From Saccharolobus solfataricus P2 (GTDB lineage Archaea > Thermoproteota > Thermoprotei_A > Sulfolobales > Sulfolobaceae): a DNA stretch of 64,000 nt. Position numbers and translations under genes: made by a program. How positions within the stretch are numbered: the stretch's first letter is position 1; each line of letters starts with the position of its first letter. The notes below the pieces were generated by a model. That model saw only the letters and a list, made by a program, of their open reading frames with translations. It made no database searches and was not told the DNA's origin. Shown one piece after another: positions 30,237-39,657 of this stretch. Location of the stretch: NCBI RefSeq assembly GCF_000007005.1, contig NC_002754.1, one strand, 5' to 3'.

Positions 30237-30784
30237 TTTATATGACCTTGTACACTTTCTCGTAATTAGTCAGCTACAAAAATGCTGGTAGAAAGCCTTA
30301 GGCAAGGTTTAATACACCTTAACTTAAAACTGAATTAACTCTGGGTTACATCATAAAGAGAATAAAAAGTATTAAGAATATTTACTCTTTAGCCTTATAT
30401 TATACTTAGGTAAGCGAATAATATAACAATAATAAGTATGGTTTAACTTATGGCGGTAGATCCAAAATCGTATTATTAAAAATAACAGTTATTTGTTAAT
30501 AATGAATCATTGCGAACTAGGTGGCTATTTTGTTTAACTCTATGGGAAATTCTTAGAAAAATCTCTATACTATAGTATATTTTTTACAATATTTTAGTAT
30601 AAAAAGTGCTAATTGAGTACGAGAATTAATAGAAATAGAATTAAATTCGAAGAAATTCCATTTTATTTATATTGTAAGATACACATAATTATATTTAAGA
30701 TTATCAATAACAAGTATAATGAAAAATTTTCTTGTTATAGAGAAAAAATGATAATCTCAGTTAAATCTATATTTGTAAAAGGAT

Positions 30785-30882
30785 TTTGGATCTACCGCTG
30801 TGGGAGATTGAGTTTGCTCAGAGAAGCAGGGAATCCTCATCCTGAAGTGAGGATGCCCCGTCGTGAGGACGTGGTAGTTTAC
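30785..30882 (+). mobile_element. Relic right end of an IS200/IS605/IS607 (TnpB) element, omega-RNA-like
   Basis: GC-rich island in very AT-rich DNA, with hairpins catcct/aggatg (30838-30855) and cgtc/gacg (30859-30871). It ends gccccgtcgtgaggacgtggtagtttac, like the GCCCCGTCCGTNAGGGCGGGGTAGTTCAC ends I recall for Sulfolobales TnpB elements. No tnpB ORF is present. Confidence 0.6.
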
Positions 30883-31130
30883 ATATCTAAATACTTCGAA
30901 TAGTAGTTTTAGGAAATTCCCTTATCATAAAAAGTCAAAATATTTATCCATGTATTTATAAATATCTTTCATTGTACTTCTTAATATTATAGCTTATCAA
31001 TAAACATTTTTCATCTAACTAGGAAAGATTCATTATATATTTTTAACGTAACGTAAAAGTGTAACGATTTTCCTATAAATGCTATTCGAACTATTGTTCA
31101 CGGTGGAGAAGTGGTCAGAGTTAGTAGTAG

Positions 31131-31179
31131 TCAGAACCGAGTTCGTTCTTCATCAATCAAGATATGCCAGGTTCATCAT
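31131..31179 (-). ncRNA. Box C/D methylation-guide sRNA candidate
   Basis: ATGATGA-acctggcatatc-TTGA-t-TGATGA-agaacgaactcggtt-CTGA, overlapping the 3' end of the GGCT gene. Confidence 0.8.
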
Positions 31180-31987
31180 ATAAGCCAGTGCTTACGCATT
31201 CATTTCCCCATCCTCTCATTAGCCCTTCTCTAATTATTTTTACGTATTCTTCACTTGGTTTCTTCCTATTCTCTTTATAGCTCGAGACGTAGGCATATGC
31301 AAAATACTCCTTCCCATTTCTATCGTAAACTTTTACAACTTCTCTAATATACTTTATTAGATGTTGTTCAGCCTTATCTAGAGAGTTTAAAGTATGAAGG
31401 AACACCTTTTGCAAATATCCACATATTATACCACTTTCGTCCTCTATCAAGTTTGCGCAATAACCGTATTTGCAAGGTATGTTGAATATCAGTCTATAAC
31501 CTTTTGTATAGGCCGGAGTTTCACTTAATATCATGTCAACCCCACGCTGATGTAAAATTCTCTCATTAGTATTTTCAGCATATGCAAAATAGTTTACAAT
31601 TATGGGCATTCCGCTCCACGCTGAGTAATCACCATCTTCTATTTTCTCCATATTTTTTACTATTTCTTTGTTATATCTGTAAAAATAGACATTATCTAAG
31701 TAATATTTTCTTTTCTGATCAAAATATACCCTAGTTTTTTCCCTTACATAAAGGTCATCTGGCGATCCCTTATAATCCTCCACCTCATCAAGTAATTTAA
31801 TTAGATTTTCATCTATTTCATAAACTTCTCCCCAAACTATACCATCACCTTTAATTACACCTGGATAATTGCCTAAATCGTACATCTCATAACCCTCTAT
31901 ATAGCCTAAGCCTACGAACCTTGACTTAGCTACTAAGTGATTTAGCTCGAAGCCATATCTTAGACTCCCATATACTAAAAGATACAT
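31157..31987 (-). CDS. Gamma-glutamylcyclotransferase (AIG2-like) protein with two tandem domains
   Basis: Domain 1 LLVYGSLR...VWGEVY...LDEVE; domain 2 YFAYAEN...LDKAE...AYAY. Confidence 0.85.
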   Translation of the reverse strand: MYLLVYGSLRYGFELNHLVAKSRFVGLGYIEGYEMYDLGNYPGVIKGDGIVWGEVYEIDENLIKLLDEVEDYKGSPDDLYVREKTRVYFDQKRKYYLDNVYFYRYNKEIVKNMEKIEDGDYSAWSGMPIIVNYFAYAENTNERILHQRGVDMILSETPAYTKGYRLIFNIPCKYGYCANLIEDESGIICGYLQKVFLHTLNSLDKAEQHLIKYIREVVKVYDRNGKEYFAYAYVSSYKENRKKPSEEYVKIIREGLMRGWGNECVSTGLYDEPGIS

Positions 31988-31989
31988 AA

Positions 31990-32280
31990 CTATTCACCTA
32001 ATAATGACTCTAACCAAGGTTGAACTTCTTCCATTTTTAAAATTTTTATGGGCTTATCGTTTTCCATGAGTGTTGTAGAATCGTAATACGCTAATCCATT
32101 TATTATCTTAAACTTTATAACATAGTATCTTTGGTTTAGCATCTCTCCTTCTCCCCCTGCTTCTTCTATTGTTGGAGGGTAAAATATTGCTAACAATTCC
32201 TCTCCGTTTTCTCTAACGTCAAATCCTCTTTTAGTAAGCATATCTACCAGTTTTTCATACTCTACTGGTTTCAATATCAC
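31990..32280 (-). CDS. Hypothetical protein, 96 aa
   Basis: Tightly coupled to the flanking minus-strand genes. Confidence 0.65.
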   Translation of the reverse strand: MILKPVEYEKLVDMLTKRGFDVRENGEELLAIFYPPTIEEAGGEGEMLNQRYYVIKFKIINGLAYYDSTTLMENDKPIKILKMEEVQPWLESLLGE

Positions 32281-32629
32281 TCACCTTCTTTCTTACCATT
32301 AGTTTCATTCCCTCTCTTTTCACTACTACTATATCTTCGTTTTTCTTTATATCCTCTAGAGCTAAGGCTCGCCAATATTCACCCTCTACTATTACATAGC
32401 CTTCTTGTCCAGACTTTATATCATCAACTGCTTTTCCAATTTTTCCCTCATAGGAGTATAAGTTTCTTCCTCTTGTTTTTATAACAACATTAATAACCCG
32501 ATATGTCAGGAAACCTAGTAGGGCCAGTGTTGGAATATCTATTATAGGGTCAGATATGTAACCAGTAATGACTAAAATTGCGATTAAAATTGCGATAATT
32601 ATCAAGGTGATTGCTACTGGGTGTGCCAC
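32255..32629 (-). CDS. Short NfeD-family protein (TM helices plus C-terminal OB fold)
   Basis: EGKIGKAV...GYVIVEGEYWRA...IVVVKREGMKLMV. Confidence 0.88.
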   Translation of the reverse strand: MAHPVAITLIIIAILIAILVITGYISDPIIDIPTLALLGFLTYRVINVVIKTRGRNLYSYEGKIGKAVDDIKSGQEGYVIVEGEYWRALALEDIKKNEDIVVVKREGMKLMVRKKVSDIETSRV

Positions 32630-32661
32630 AGATTTTTTATTAGCTTGATTGGTATATATTT

Positions 32662-33993
32662 GTGATGTATAAGGTTCTGCTCATAATAATTCTATTATTG
32701 CCATTATCAATGCCCTTGAGTATACCCACTACTTCACAACCTTCAGCTTTAGCTTTTCCCTCAGGAGTGACTAGTTATCCTTTGAATACAATAATCTATA
32801 CAGATTTCGTTATGGGTAGGATCAATATTTCATATTTAAATATAGGTAGCTCGTACTTACCAGGAGGAGAATATTTCACTACTGGAAACGCATCGCTTCA
32901 GTTAAACGCTATGGTATTAGGAGAGTATTGGGCACAAAATGTGATTCTATTTCATCAAATATCAAATAATACCTTTTATGCTACACTGATAGTAAATCTT
33001 TGGAATCTTTCTGGCCCCTTTAGTAATACAACAAGTAATTCGTTAGTATATCAAGGTCTAGGTGTAATTTGCTATCAAGGTCCAACGTTCAAGGTAACCT
33101 TACCCCTTTCCATTAGCCTATTTATGGAAATAGTTAATTCTACATTAAACTTTGGATATAATATAAATGGGCAGAAGGGAATCTATTTCAGATACCCTAT
33201 AATAGGTTTATTCCAGTTAGGTGGTCTTTCACTATTAGGGTTGCCAAATGATCTAGAGTTAGTTTGGGGAGGACCAGGTGGTGGAAGTGTGGTATTTATG
33301 AATGTGAGTAGTATAGCCAATTTGTACTATTTCAATGGGAATACTTTAACTATTGTACCCAACGCTTACTCTATAGGATTTGATACTGCAGAATCGGCTT
33401 ACGGGGTAAAGGTATACTCCACTTTTCCTAGTGTATTTTCACCTATAGTGATTGAGACAAGTGGGGTTAACGTACCTTCAGTATTATGGCCAATTCCTCC
33501 CCACGTTTTAGTTAATCAGACTAGTAATAAAATAACTGTGAAGTTGTCCATAAGTAATAAGTCCTTATCAGGGCAAGCGGTCTATTTGGAAACCGGATTT
33601 CCTCCTTCGGTCATATCTTCTGCAGTGACAAATTCCTCTGGAATTGCGGTATTTCCTAATAACAATTATTCGTTTTATGTAGTTTATTTTCCAGGCAATT
33701 TCACTCTATCTTCGACCTACTACTTCTCCTCACCAATCCTTAATTCACTTTCTAGTAAGTTTCGATCTTATTACCAAGATTTATTGAATTTTCTAAACTC
33801 GGCCCAGAATTCCTTTAAGAAAGGTATAAAGTCTGTACTATCTAAGCAAGAAACTTCCATAACTACTACCACGTTAACTTCTACTACTTCAAGTTCTTCC
33901 CAATTTGGGGTTAACTTGTATATCGTACTTTATATCTTAGCTTTTGTAATAGGTATGGTAATTTCAGCAATATTAATAAGGTTCAAATTATAG
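32662..33993 (+). CDS. Thermopsin-family acid protease, membrane-anchored
   Basis: Signal peptide; motifs ASLQLNA, YWAQNV and DLELVWGGPGGG; Thr/Ser linker and C-terminal TM helix. Confidence 0.9.
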   Translation: MMYKVLLIIILLLPLSMPLSIPTTSQPSALAFPSGVTSYPLNTIIYTDFVMGRINISYLNIGSSYLPGGEYFTTGNASLQLNAMVLGEYWAQNVILFHQISNNTFYATLIVNLWNLSGPFSNTTSNSLVYQGLGVICYQGPTFKVTLPLSISLFMEIVNSTLNFGYNINGQKGIYFRYPIIGLFQLGGLSLLGLPNDLELVWGGPGGGSVVFMNVSSIANLYYFNGNTLTIVPNAYSIGFDTAESAYGVKVYSTFPSVFSPIVIETSGVNVPSVLWPIPPHVLVNQTSNKITVKLSISNKSLSGQAVYLETGFPPSVISSAVTNSSGIAVFPNNNYSFYVVYFPGNFTLSSTYYFSSPILNSLSSKFRSYYQDLLNFLNSAQNSFKKGIKSVLSKQETSITTTTLTSTTSSSSQFGVNLYIVLYILAFVIGMVISAILIRFKL

Positions 33994-34017
33994 TTATATA
34001 TTTGGAGGTAGTAAGAT

Positions 34018-34821
34018 TTGGCTATAAGCATAGGAGATATAGTAGGTATAGTATTTCTTATCATTATAATAATCATCTTTATCGCCATGTCATTTAGGGT
34101 AGTTAGAGAATGGGAGAGAGCCGTTGTATTAAGATTGGGGAGATTTTTGAGAGTTAAAGGCCCTGGAATCATATTCCTTATACCCTTTGTTGATAGGCCA
34201 TTAGTAGTGGATCTAAGAGTGAATACTGTTGAGGTTCCACCTCAAACTATCTTAACTAAAGATAACGTTACTGTAAGTGTAGACGCGGTTGTATACTATA
34301 AGGTTGTTGATCCACAGAAAGCAGTATTAAGTGTTTTCAATTATAATGTGGCAGTACTAAATTTAGCTCAGACCTCATTAAGGGATATTGTTGGACAAAT
34401 GGAATTGGATGAGTTACTAAGTAAAAGGGAAGAAATCAATAAGAGGATACAAGAAATATTAGACGTCACAACTGAAGGATGGGGAATCAAAGTTACTGCT
34501 GTAACTATAAGAGATATTAGATTATCTCAAGATCTGTTATCTGCTATGGCAAAGCAAGCTGAGGCAGAGAGATTGAGAAGAGCAAAGGTAATACTAAGTG
34601 AAGGTGAAAGGCAAGCTGCAAGTATTTTAGCTGATGCATCAGCTTACTACAAGAATAATCCATCAGCATTACAGTTGAGATTTTTAGAAACATTATCAGA
34701 CATCTCACAAAGAGGAGGTTTAATAATAGTAGTTCCTGCAGGGAATGAAATATACCCTACTCTAGGTACAAGCGCCGCATTATCAACTCTCTCAAAAAAG
34801 TTTCAAACTGAAACCAAGTAA
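34018..34821 (+). CDS. SPFH/band 7 (stomatin-like) protein
   Basis: Motifs VVREWERAVVLRLG, LTKDNVTVSVD and QAEAERLRRA. Confidence 0.95.
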   Translation: MAISIGDIVGIVFLIIIIIIFIAMSFRVVREWERAVVLRLGRFLRVKGPGIIFLIPFVDRPLVVDLRVNTVEVPPQTILTKDNVTVSVDAVVYYKVVDPQKAVLSVFNYNVAVLNLAQTSLRDIVGQMELDELLSKREEINKRIQEILDVTTEGWGIKVTAVTIRDIRLSQDLLSAMAKQAEAERLRRAKVILSEGERQAASILADASAYYKNNPSALQLRFLETLSDISQRGGLIIVVPAGNEIYPTLGTSAALSTLSKKFQTETK

Positions 34822-34869
34822 TCAGCTGGACTAGGAGTATTCATCCATCATTTACGTCTTCCTCATCAT
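34822..34869 (-). ncRNA. Box C/D methylation-guide sRNA candidate
   Basis: ATGATGA-ggaagacgtaa-ATGA-t-GGATGA-atactcctagtccag-CTGA, overlapping the stop of the NurA-like gene. Confidence 0.7.
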
Positions 34870-35943
34870 TAGCTCTGCTAGCTTATCGTTTATATCTAAA
34901 TAGTTTTCTCTAGCTAAGTTAAATAATAATGCGTATTTCTTTGCATCTTGTGAATTTATCTCCGAAAGTTCATCAGCTAGTTTGTTCAATAACGTAACTT
35001 CTCTAATACTTTGCATAGCCCAAATATTCAAATATTTAATTGGTGTGAAGTCAGGTTCCCTTTCAGCCAGCACATCTATTCTAACTATTGGTGACGTTGT
35101 ATTATATTGGTAATACAGAGAGTATATTGAGAGTGAGTCATTAAACACCTTTTTATATCGATTATAAGCCTTCGAGATTCCCTTAAGATCATCCAATATT
35201 ATCTGATTATTTATTAACGAATCCCAACTTATCCACCCTAGATATACTGGTTTATTAAACTCAGATTTTTCGAGCCTATATTTATACATAATACTAAATA
35301 TAATATAGTTCTCTCTTGCCTTCATCAGTGCGGGATAATTATTTAAAAACTCCTTGATCAATATTCTATGAGAGAAGTTCTTTACTATTCCCACGATTAA
35401 TTTATTCTTACCCTTTAATCTTCTAAGTACTGTAGAACGATATAGTGCTAACTTATCCAGAGATAAGATATTTTCTATCTCAACATCCTCTTCATAATAT
35501 GTTGGTGGATCCACAATAGGTCCATCGATAAATATCACGTCACACTCCTCACACTTCTCTATTAGACTCGTTTCTAAAGTAAGCATAAATAAAATGGATT
35601 TGTTGGATATCACGTTCTTATCGTAGTAATTCTCTATTATCTTGAAATCCTCAGCTATCTCAGATGGGACACTCTTTTTGTCCTTCTTTTTGCCTAAAAT
35701 CTTCACAGCTCTAGCTAGGATAAGGGTTACATCACTTAACTCTATTTCATATTTGCTTCCGTCTACTGCACATGCAATGTGCTCAGAATCTATAATCTCA
35801 TCAAGTATTCCTATTTTTAAATCAATGCTATTTGATATTATATCGTCAAAAATTAAGTTAACTGCCATATTTATCTTTCCTCTCTCATTAACATCTTTGC
35901 TAGCTAACTCATTTACCTTTTTAATAATCTCATTTGTATTCAA
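34852..35943 (-). CDS. NurA-family nuclease (divergent paralog)
   Basis: Acidic motifs CAVDGS and IFIDGP plus VGIVK; in an operon with a HerA-family gene. Confidence 0.82.
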   Translation of the reverse strand: MNTNEIIKKVNELASKDVNERGKINMAVNLIFDDIISNSIDLKIGILDEIIDSEHIACAVDGSKYEIELSDVTLILARAVKILGKKKDKKSVPSEIAEDFKIIENYYDKNVISNKSILFMLTLETSLIEKCEECDVIFIDGPIVDPPTYYEEDVEIENILSLDKLALYRSTVLRRLKGKNKLIVGIVKNFSHRILIKEFLNNYPALMKARENYIIFSIMYKYRLEKSEFNKPVYLGWISWDSLINNQIILDDLKGISKAYNRYKKVFNDSLSIYSLYYQYNTTSPIVRIDVLAEREPDFTPIKYLNIWAMQSIREVTLLNKLADELSEINSQDAKKYALLFNLARENYLDINDKLAELMMRKT

Positions 35944-36628
35944 ACTTTCACCTTTATAGAAATATTTTTCTCAACAAGCATTTTTATAACCTTTATAGAC
36001 TCTTCTAGGTTGTCTCTACTAATCTTGATTTCACCTTTGTCTATTAGTAATATCAATATGCTAATTTCTTTCTCATTTAGATTTATTTTTCTCAATTCAT
36101 CCACGATAATCCCATACAACTCATTAAGGTGTTGTTTAGCTTGTATTTCAACTTCATTTAGCTTAGAGAGTGATCTTTCCTTGGGTATACTAAAAGTTTT
36201 TGCGTCTTTCTGAATTTTAAGGAAGTGATACAGTATTTTAGCATATAATATTAGTCTATTATTTATTTCCTCAATGCTCTTGATTTTCTCTTCTATTATC
36301 TTATTTAGGTCTTGTTCTATATCTTTCTCCAGGCTATCTACTTTACTTTTTATTTTATCTATATATCTGATTATCTCTTCAGCCGAGTTGAGCTTGGTTA
36401 GTTTCTCTATATCCGTTTAACTTCCTCCAGCTTGTCTTCATATTTATTTAATTCGTTTATCTTTTTCTCTAAGGTCCTTAATTTCTTTAGAGACTCCTTT
36501 AGACTTTGTTTAGATTTTTCTAATTCCTCTATTGTCTCGGTAATTTTTCTATCCTCTTCTCTTAGTCTTTCTACATCCAGATTCTGTTTATATTGGGTTA
36601 GTCTTTCCATAAATTCAGCTAAATCCAT
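35940..36628 (-). pseudogene. Coiled-coil protein of about 229 aa split by a 1-nt frameshift near 36415-36418
   Basis: The 73-aa ORF ends AAA CGG ATA TAG. The -1 frame is open from ACG GAT ATA GAG to TGA at 35940, overlapping the NurA-like TTG. The total span of 689 nt is one base short of an intact ORF. Confidence 0.8.
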
Positions 36629-39600
36629 ACTCTTCTAGAACCTCCTTTATTTCTTGAATTAATTGTGTTATTTTTTGTGTATTTCTCTCAACGTTTTCTC
36701 TCAACTTAGGTAATTCTGGACTTATCTTTTCTAGATCATTTACAATCATCTCAATATTATTTAATTGGATACCGACTTTACCTAATGATGCGATTTCCTC
36801 AATTATCGTATCTTTTAACTCATCTCCAGATATTGATACGCCATTTAGTATCTCTTTCAGCAATTTGAATAATATGAAATAAAGGTTTGAGTTATCTTCA
36901 ACGTGTATAGTAGCAAGTAAGTAATCGAGATATCGTTTAAACGACTCTGTTTGTCCCCTCTCATTTATCTCTTGAATTTTCCTCACTAACTTGTCCATTT
37001 GCATTTTGAAGTTGTCTTTAAGTTCATGAATTATCTCATATACCTTCTCTATTTCCTCAATTTTCTCGTTTATCTTTACATGCCTCTTGGCTTTCTCTAC
37101 AACCTCCAATTTTTTGTAGATTTCCTCAACGATCTTGTCTGTCTCAATCACTGATTCTTCGGTCTTTCTTAATAATTCCAAATATATATTCGATAAATAT
37201 AGATAATCATAACATAGCCTTATGTCTTTATTTTCAGTGCAAGATTTCTCATAAGCTTCTATGACCTCTCTCATTTCCTCAAGGCTTCTTATTGCAGCTC
37301 CCCTCTTTTTAGCTGTTATGAAGTACCCATAGGTCGAGTATGGATTATCTAGTTTTTCCTTTATTTTTCTTATTTGCTCGTCTATTTTCAGATAAATTAC
37401 ATCTTTATTTAAATATTTAGCAATTTCGCCACTAACTATTGACGAGTAAACTAAGAAGTCTAAGGTGGGATTTTGTCCAATTTTTTTATCGGGGCTAAAA
37501 ATTTGATACGCAAAGACTAAGGGATTATTTTTATTATCTTTTCTTTTGTTATCTTGTGGACTTACATAATACATTATATAATTAAATACAACCTCCTCTG
37601 CTTCTTGCTTGTATTTTTGCCTAATAAGACCCGCAAACAGCTTAGCGAATGAGGATAACGATTCTCCCGCTAGGTCTTCGAAATCTATGTAATTGGATCT
37701 AATCTTTATTATACGATTACCATAGAAGTAAGTAATAATGTCATCAACAAACGTGTTGGATGTTTCTATATCTTCTAAATGGAACTGCTTACTTCCATAC
37801 ATTCTAAATTTCTCATTAATTATCTCATTTACTTTCTCGAATAACTCATTAGCATTTACCATTTTTATTGATGGGTAAAATATTATCCAATTGAATGATT
37901 GTATTAATCTCTTATTTCTAGGTATGGGAAGTTGGTTCAAGTTAAGATTATCTCTTATTTTTAGCAGTAGGGAGGATATCGAATTTTTCAGATCTCCTAG
38001 TCTTAGTTCTATGGAATCAAGCCTAATTCTACTTTGTCCGTAGATTTTAGAGAATAGTAGATATAGCAACTGTCTTTTCTTTGGTGTGGTCATTTTTAGT
38101 TCGATCAACGGTATTGATAGTCCGTCTAGAGTTTTGGATAGTTCTTCCTTCCTTATTTGAGGCTCTATTAGAATAAGACCGTGAATTAGCTCGTCACTTT
38201 CGTTGATCTCTTTTATTAAGTTCTTAATTTCATCCTCGTTAGCTGGATTTGCCAAAATAATAGTAATTTTCTTATTATCCATTATAAGTTTTAAAAACCT
38301 TATGTAGTCTTTGCTTCTATTTACACTATCTACCTTTATTCCTAGTACTTCCATTAAATATTCTAATGATTCAAGTTCCTTCTCTCTATCTGTAATATAC
38401 GTATTCACGAACTGTAAGGCTTTATCTCTAATTTCTCTTGACTTAAACTCTACTATTAATCCTCCTATATTAGTATTCGCTATGCTCTCAAAAAAGCTCC
38501 AGGATATTGCATATGCATCAGTTTTACCGAATAGTGATAGTTTTTTTACATTCTCCTTTATTTTACTTATATCTATGCTTTCATGGAGTATAGTTTCTAT
38601 ATTGTCGGATATAAATACATGAAAATCGTCTTGATAATATGTTAAAAGAAAGTCCTCAACGTATTCTTGACCTTTAGGGAACATCTCAATCCATTTTAGA
38701 TATGGTATCAGTACCCCTTTTATTACATGACCTTCTAATTTCTTTATGACTAGTTTTTCGTCAGTAAATATTCTGCTCATTAAGACTTTGTATAATTTAC
38801 TTAACTCTTGGGAGTCCATTTCGTTCTCTAATTTTGTTAACATATCTAGTCTAACGGTCTCTCCTTCTGAGTTTAGATTAATTCCCTTATCCGATCTAGC
38901 CAGTTCGTTGAAAATTCTATCTACGTTAGGAAGATTATCGCATACTATATCGTTGAAGAACTTTACGTATTTTCTTCTTTCTTGATCTATTACCCAGTAA
39001 GGCAAATCCATGTACTGTAGTATCTTTAAGTCATTTATGTTAGCCATATTTAGCATACACTTTAACATTAATAGAAACTCTAATTTAGATGGATTTTCTA
39101 TACTAACTTTTCTTATTCTTTCTAGAAGTGAAGGGTAAGTTTCTGAAAATAAGTTATAAATTATGCCTCCAGTTCCAAATATTTTAGAATATGCGCTTGG
39201 GGTCATGGAAAGGTATATTATTGAATTTCCAGTTGAATTAGCTAATTCCTTTACCTTGCTCCAAAAGTCCTTTATCTCGTTTTGATACTCTGCGAAGTAA
39301 TCTACAGAACTTTCCACTTCATCAATAAGGTACACATTATTTTTGAACGTTAACAAATCTTCGGTTCGGCTTAAAAGTTCTACAAAGGGTATCTTTATTA
39401 CATTAATATTTCTATTTTTTGCATATTCCTCAATGATGTCAAGGAACGTACTTTTTCCTTGTCCCCAATCGCCGACAAGCGATATTATTTCTGGGGATTG
39501 TTTAATCTTAGATATCCTGTCTATCTCATCCTTAACTTGCTTGAAAAATCTTAATCTATTTATGTATAATGAGTTCTCTGTAATGCAAGAGAAAATTTGA

Positions 39601-39653
39601 TAGATATAAGAGGAGTCAGATGCTGTTTCGCTTATTCTCTTAGAACAACTCAC
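36615..39653 (-). CDS. Large P-loop NTPase (1012 aa) with C-terminal coiled coil
   Basis: Walker A GDWGQGKST and Walker B VYLIDEVE near the N-terminus; long helical C-terminal region. Confidence 0.8.
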   Translation of the reverse strand: MSCSKRISETASDSSYIYQIFSCITENSLYINRLRFFKQVKDEIDRISKIKQSPEIISLVGDWGQGKSTFLDIIEEYAKNRNINVIKIPFVELLSRTEDLLTFKNNVYLIDEVESSVDYFAEYQNEIKDFWSKVKELANSTGNSIIYLSMTPSAYSKIFGTGGIIYNLFSETYPSLLERIRKVSIENPSKLEFLLMLKCMLNMANINDLKILQYMDLPYWVIDQERRKYVKFFNDIVCDNLPNVDRIFNELARSDKGINLNSEGETVRLDMLTKLENEMDSQELSKLYKVLMSRIFTDEKLVIKKLEGHVIKGVLIPYLKWIEMFPKGQEYVEDFLLTYYQDDFHVFISDNIETILHESIDISKIKENVKKLSLFGKTDAYAISWSFFESIANTNIGGLIVEFKSREIRDKALQFVNTYITDREKELESLEYLMEVLGIKVDSVNRSKDYIRFLKLIMDNKKITIILANPANEDEIKNLIKEINESDELIHGLILIEPQIRKEELSKTLDGLSIPLIELKMTTPKKRQLLYLLFSKIYGQSRIRLDSIELRLGDLKNSISSLLLKIRDNLNLNQLPIPRNKRLIQSFNWIIFYPSIKMVNANELFEKVNEIINEKFRMYGSKQFHLEDIETSNTFVDDIITYFYGNRIIKIRSNYIDFEDLAGESLSSFAKLFAGLIRQKYKQEAEEVVFNYIMYYVSPQDNKRKDNKNNPLVFAYQIFSPDKKIGQNPTLDFLVYSSIVSGEIAKYLNKDVIYLKIDEQIRKIKEKLDNPYSTYGYFITAKKRGAAIRSLEEMREVIEAYEKSCTENKDIRLCYDYLYLSNIYLELLRKTEESVIETDKIVEEIYKKLEVVEKAKRHVKINEKIEEIEKVYEIIHELKDNFKMQMDKLVRKIQEINERGQTESFKRYLDYLLATIHVEDNSNLYFILFKLLKEILNGVSISGDELKDTIIEEIASLGKVGIQLNNIEMIVNDLEKISPELPKLRENVERNTQKITQLIQEIKEVLEEYGFS

Positions 39654-39657
39654 ATTT

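Noticed and set aside
30613-30903. 96-aa plus-strand ORF
   Set aside because: Low-complexity AT-rich start running into the TnpB-end relic; no tnpB motifs.
36010-36638. Two plus-strand ORFs (67 and 68 aa)
   Set aside because: Antisense shadows of the frameshifted coiled-coil gene.
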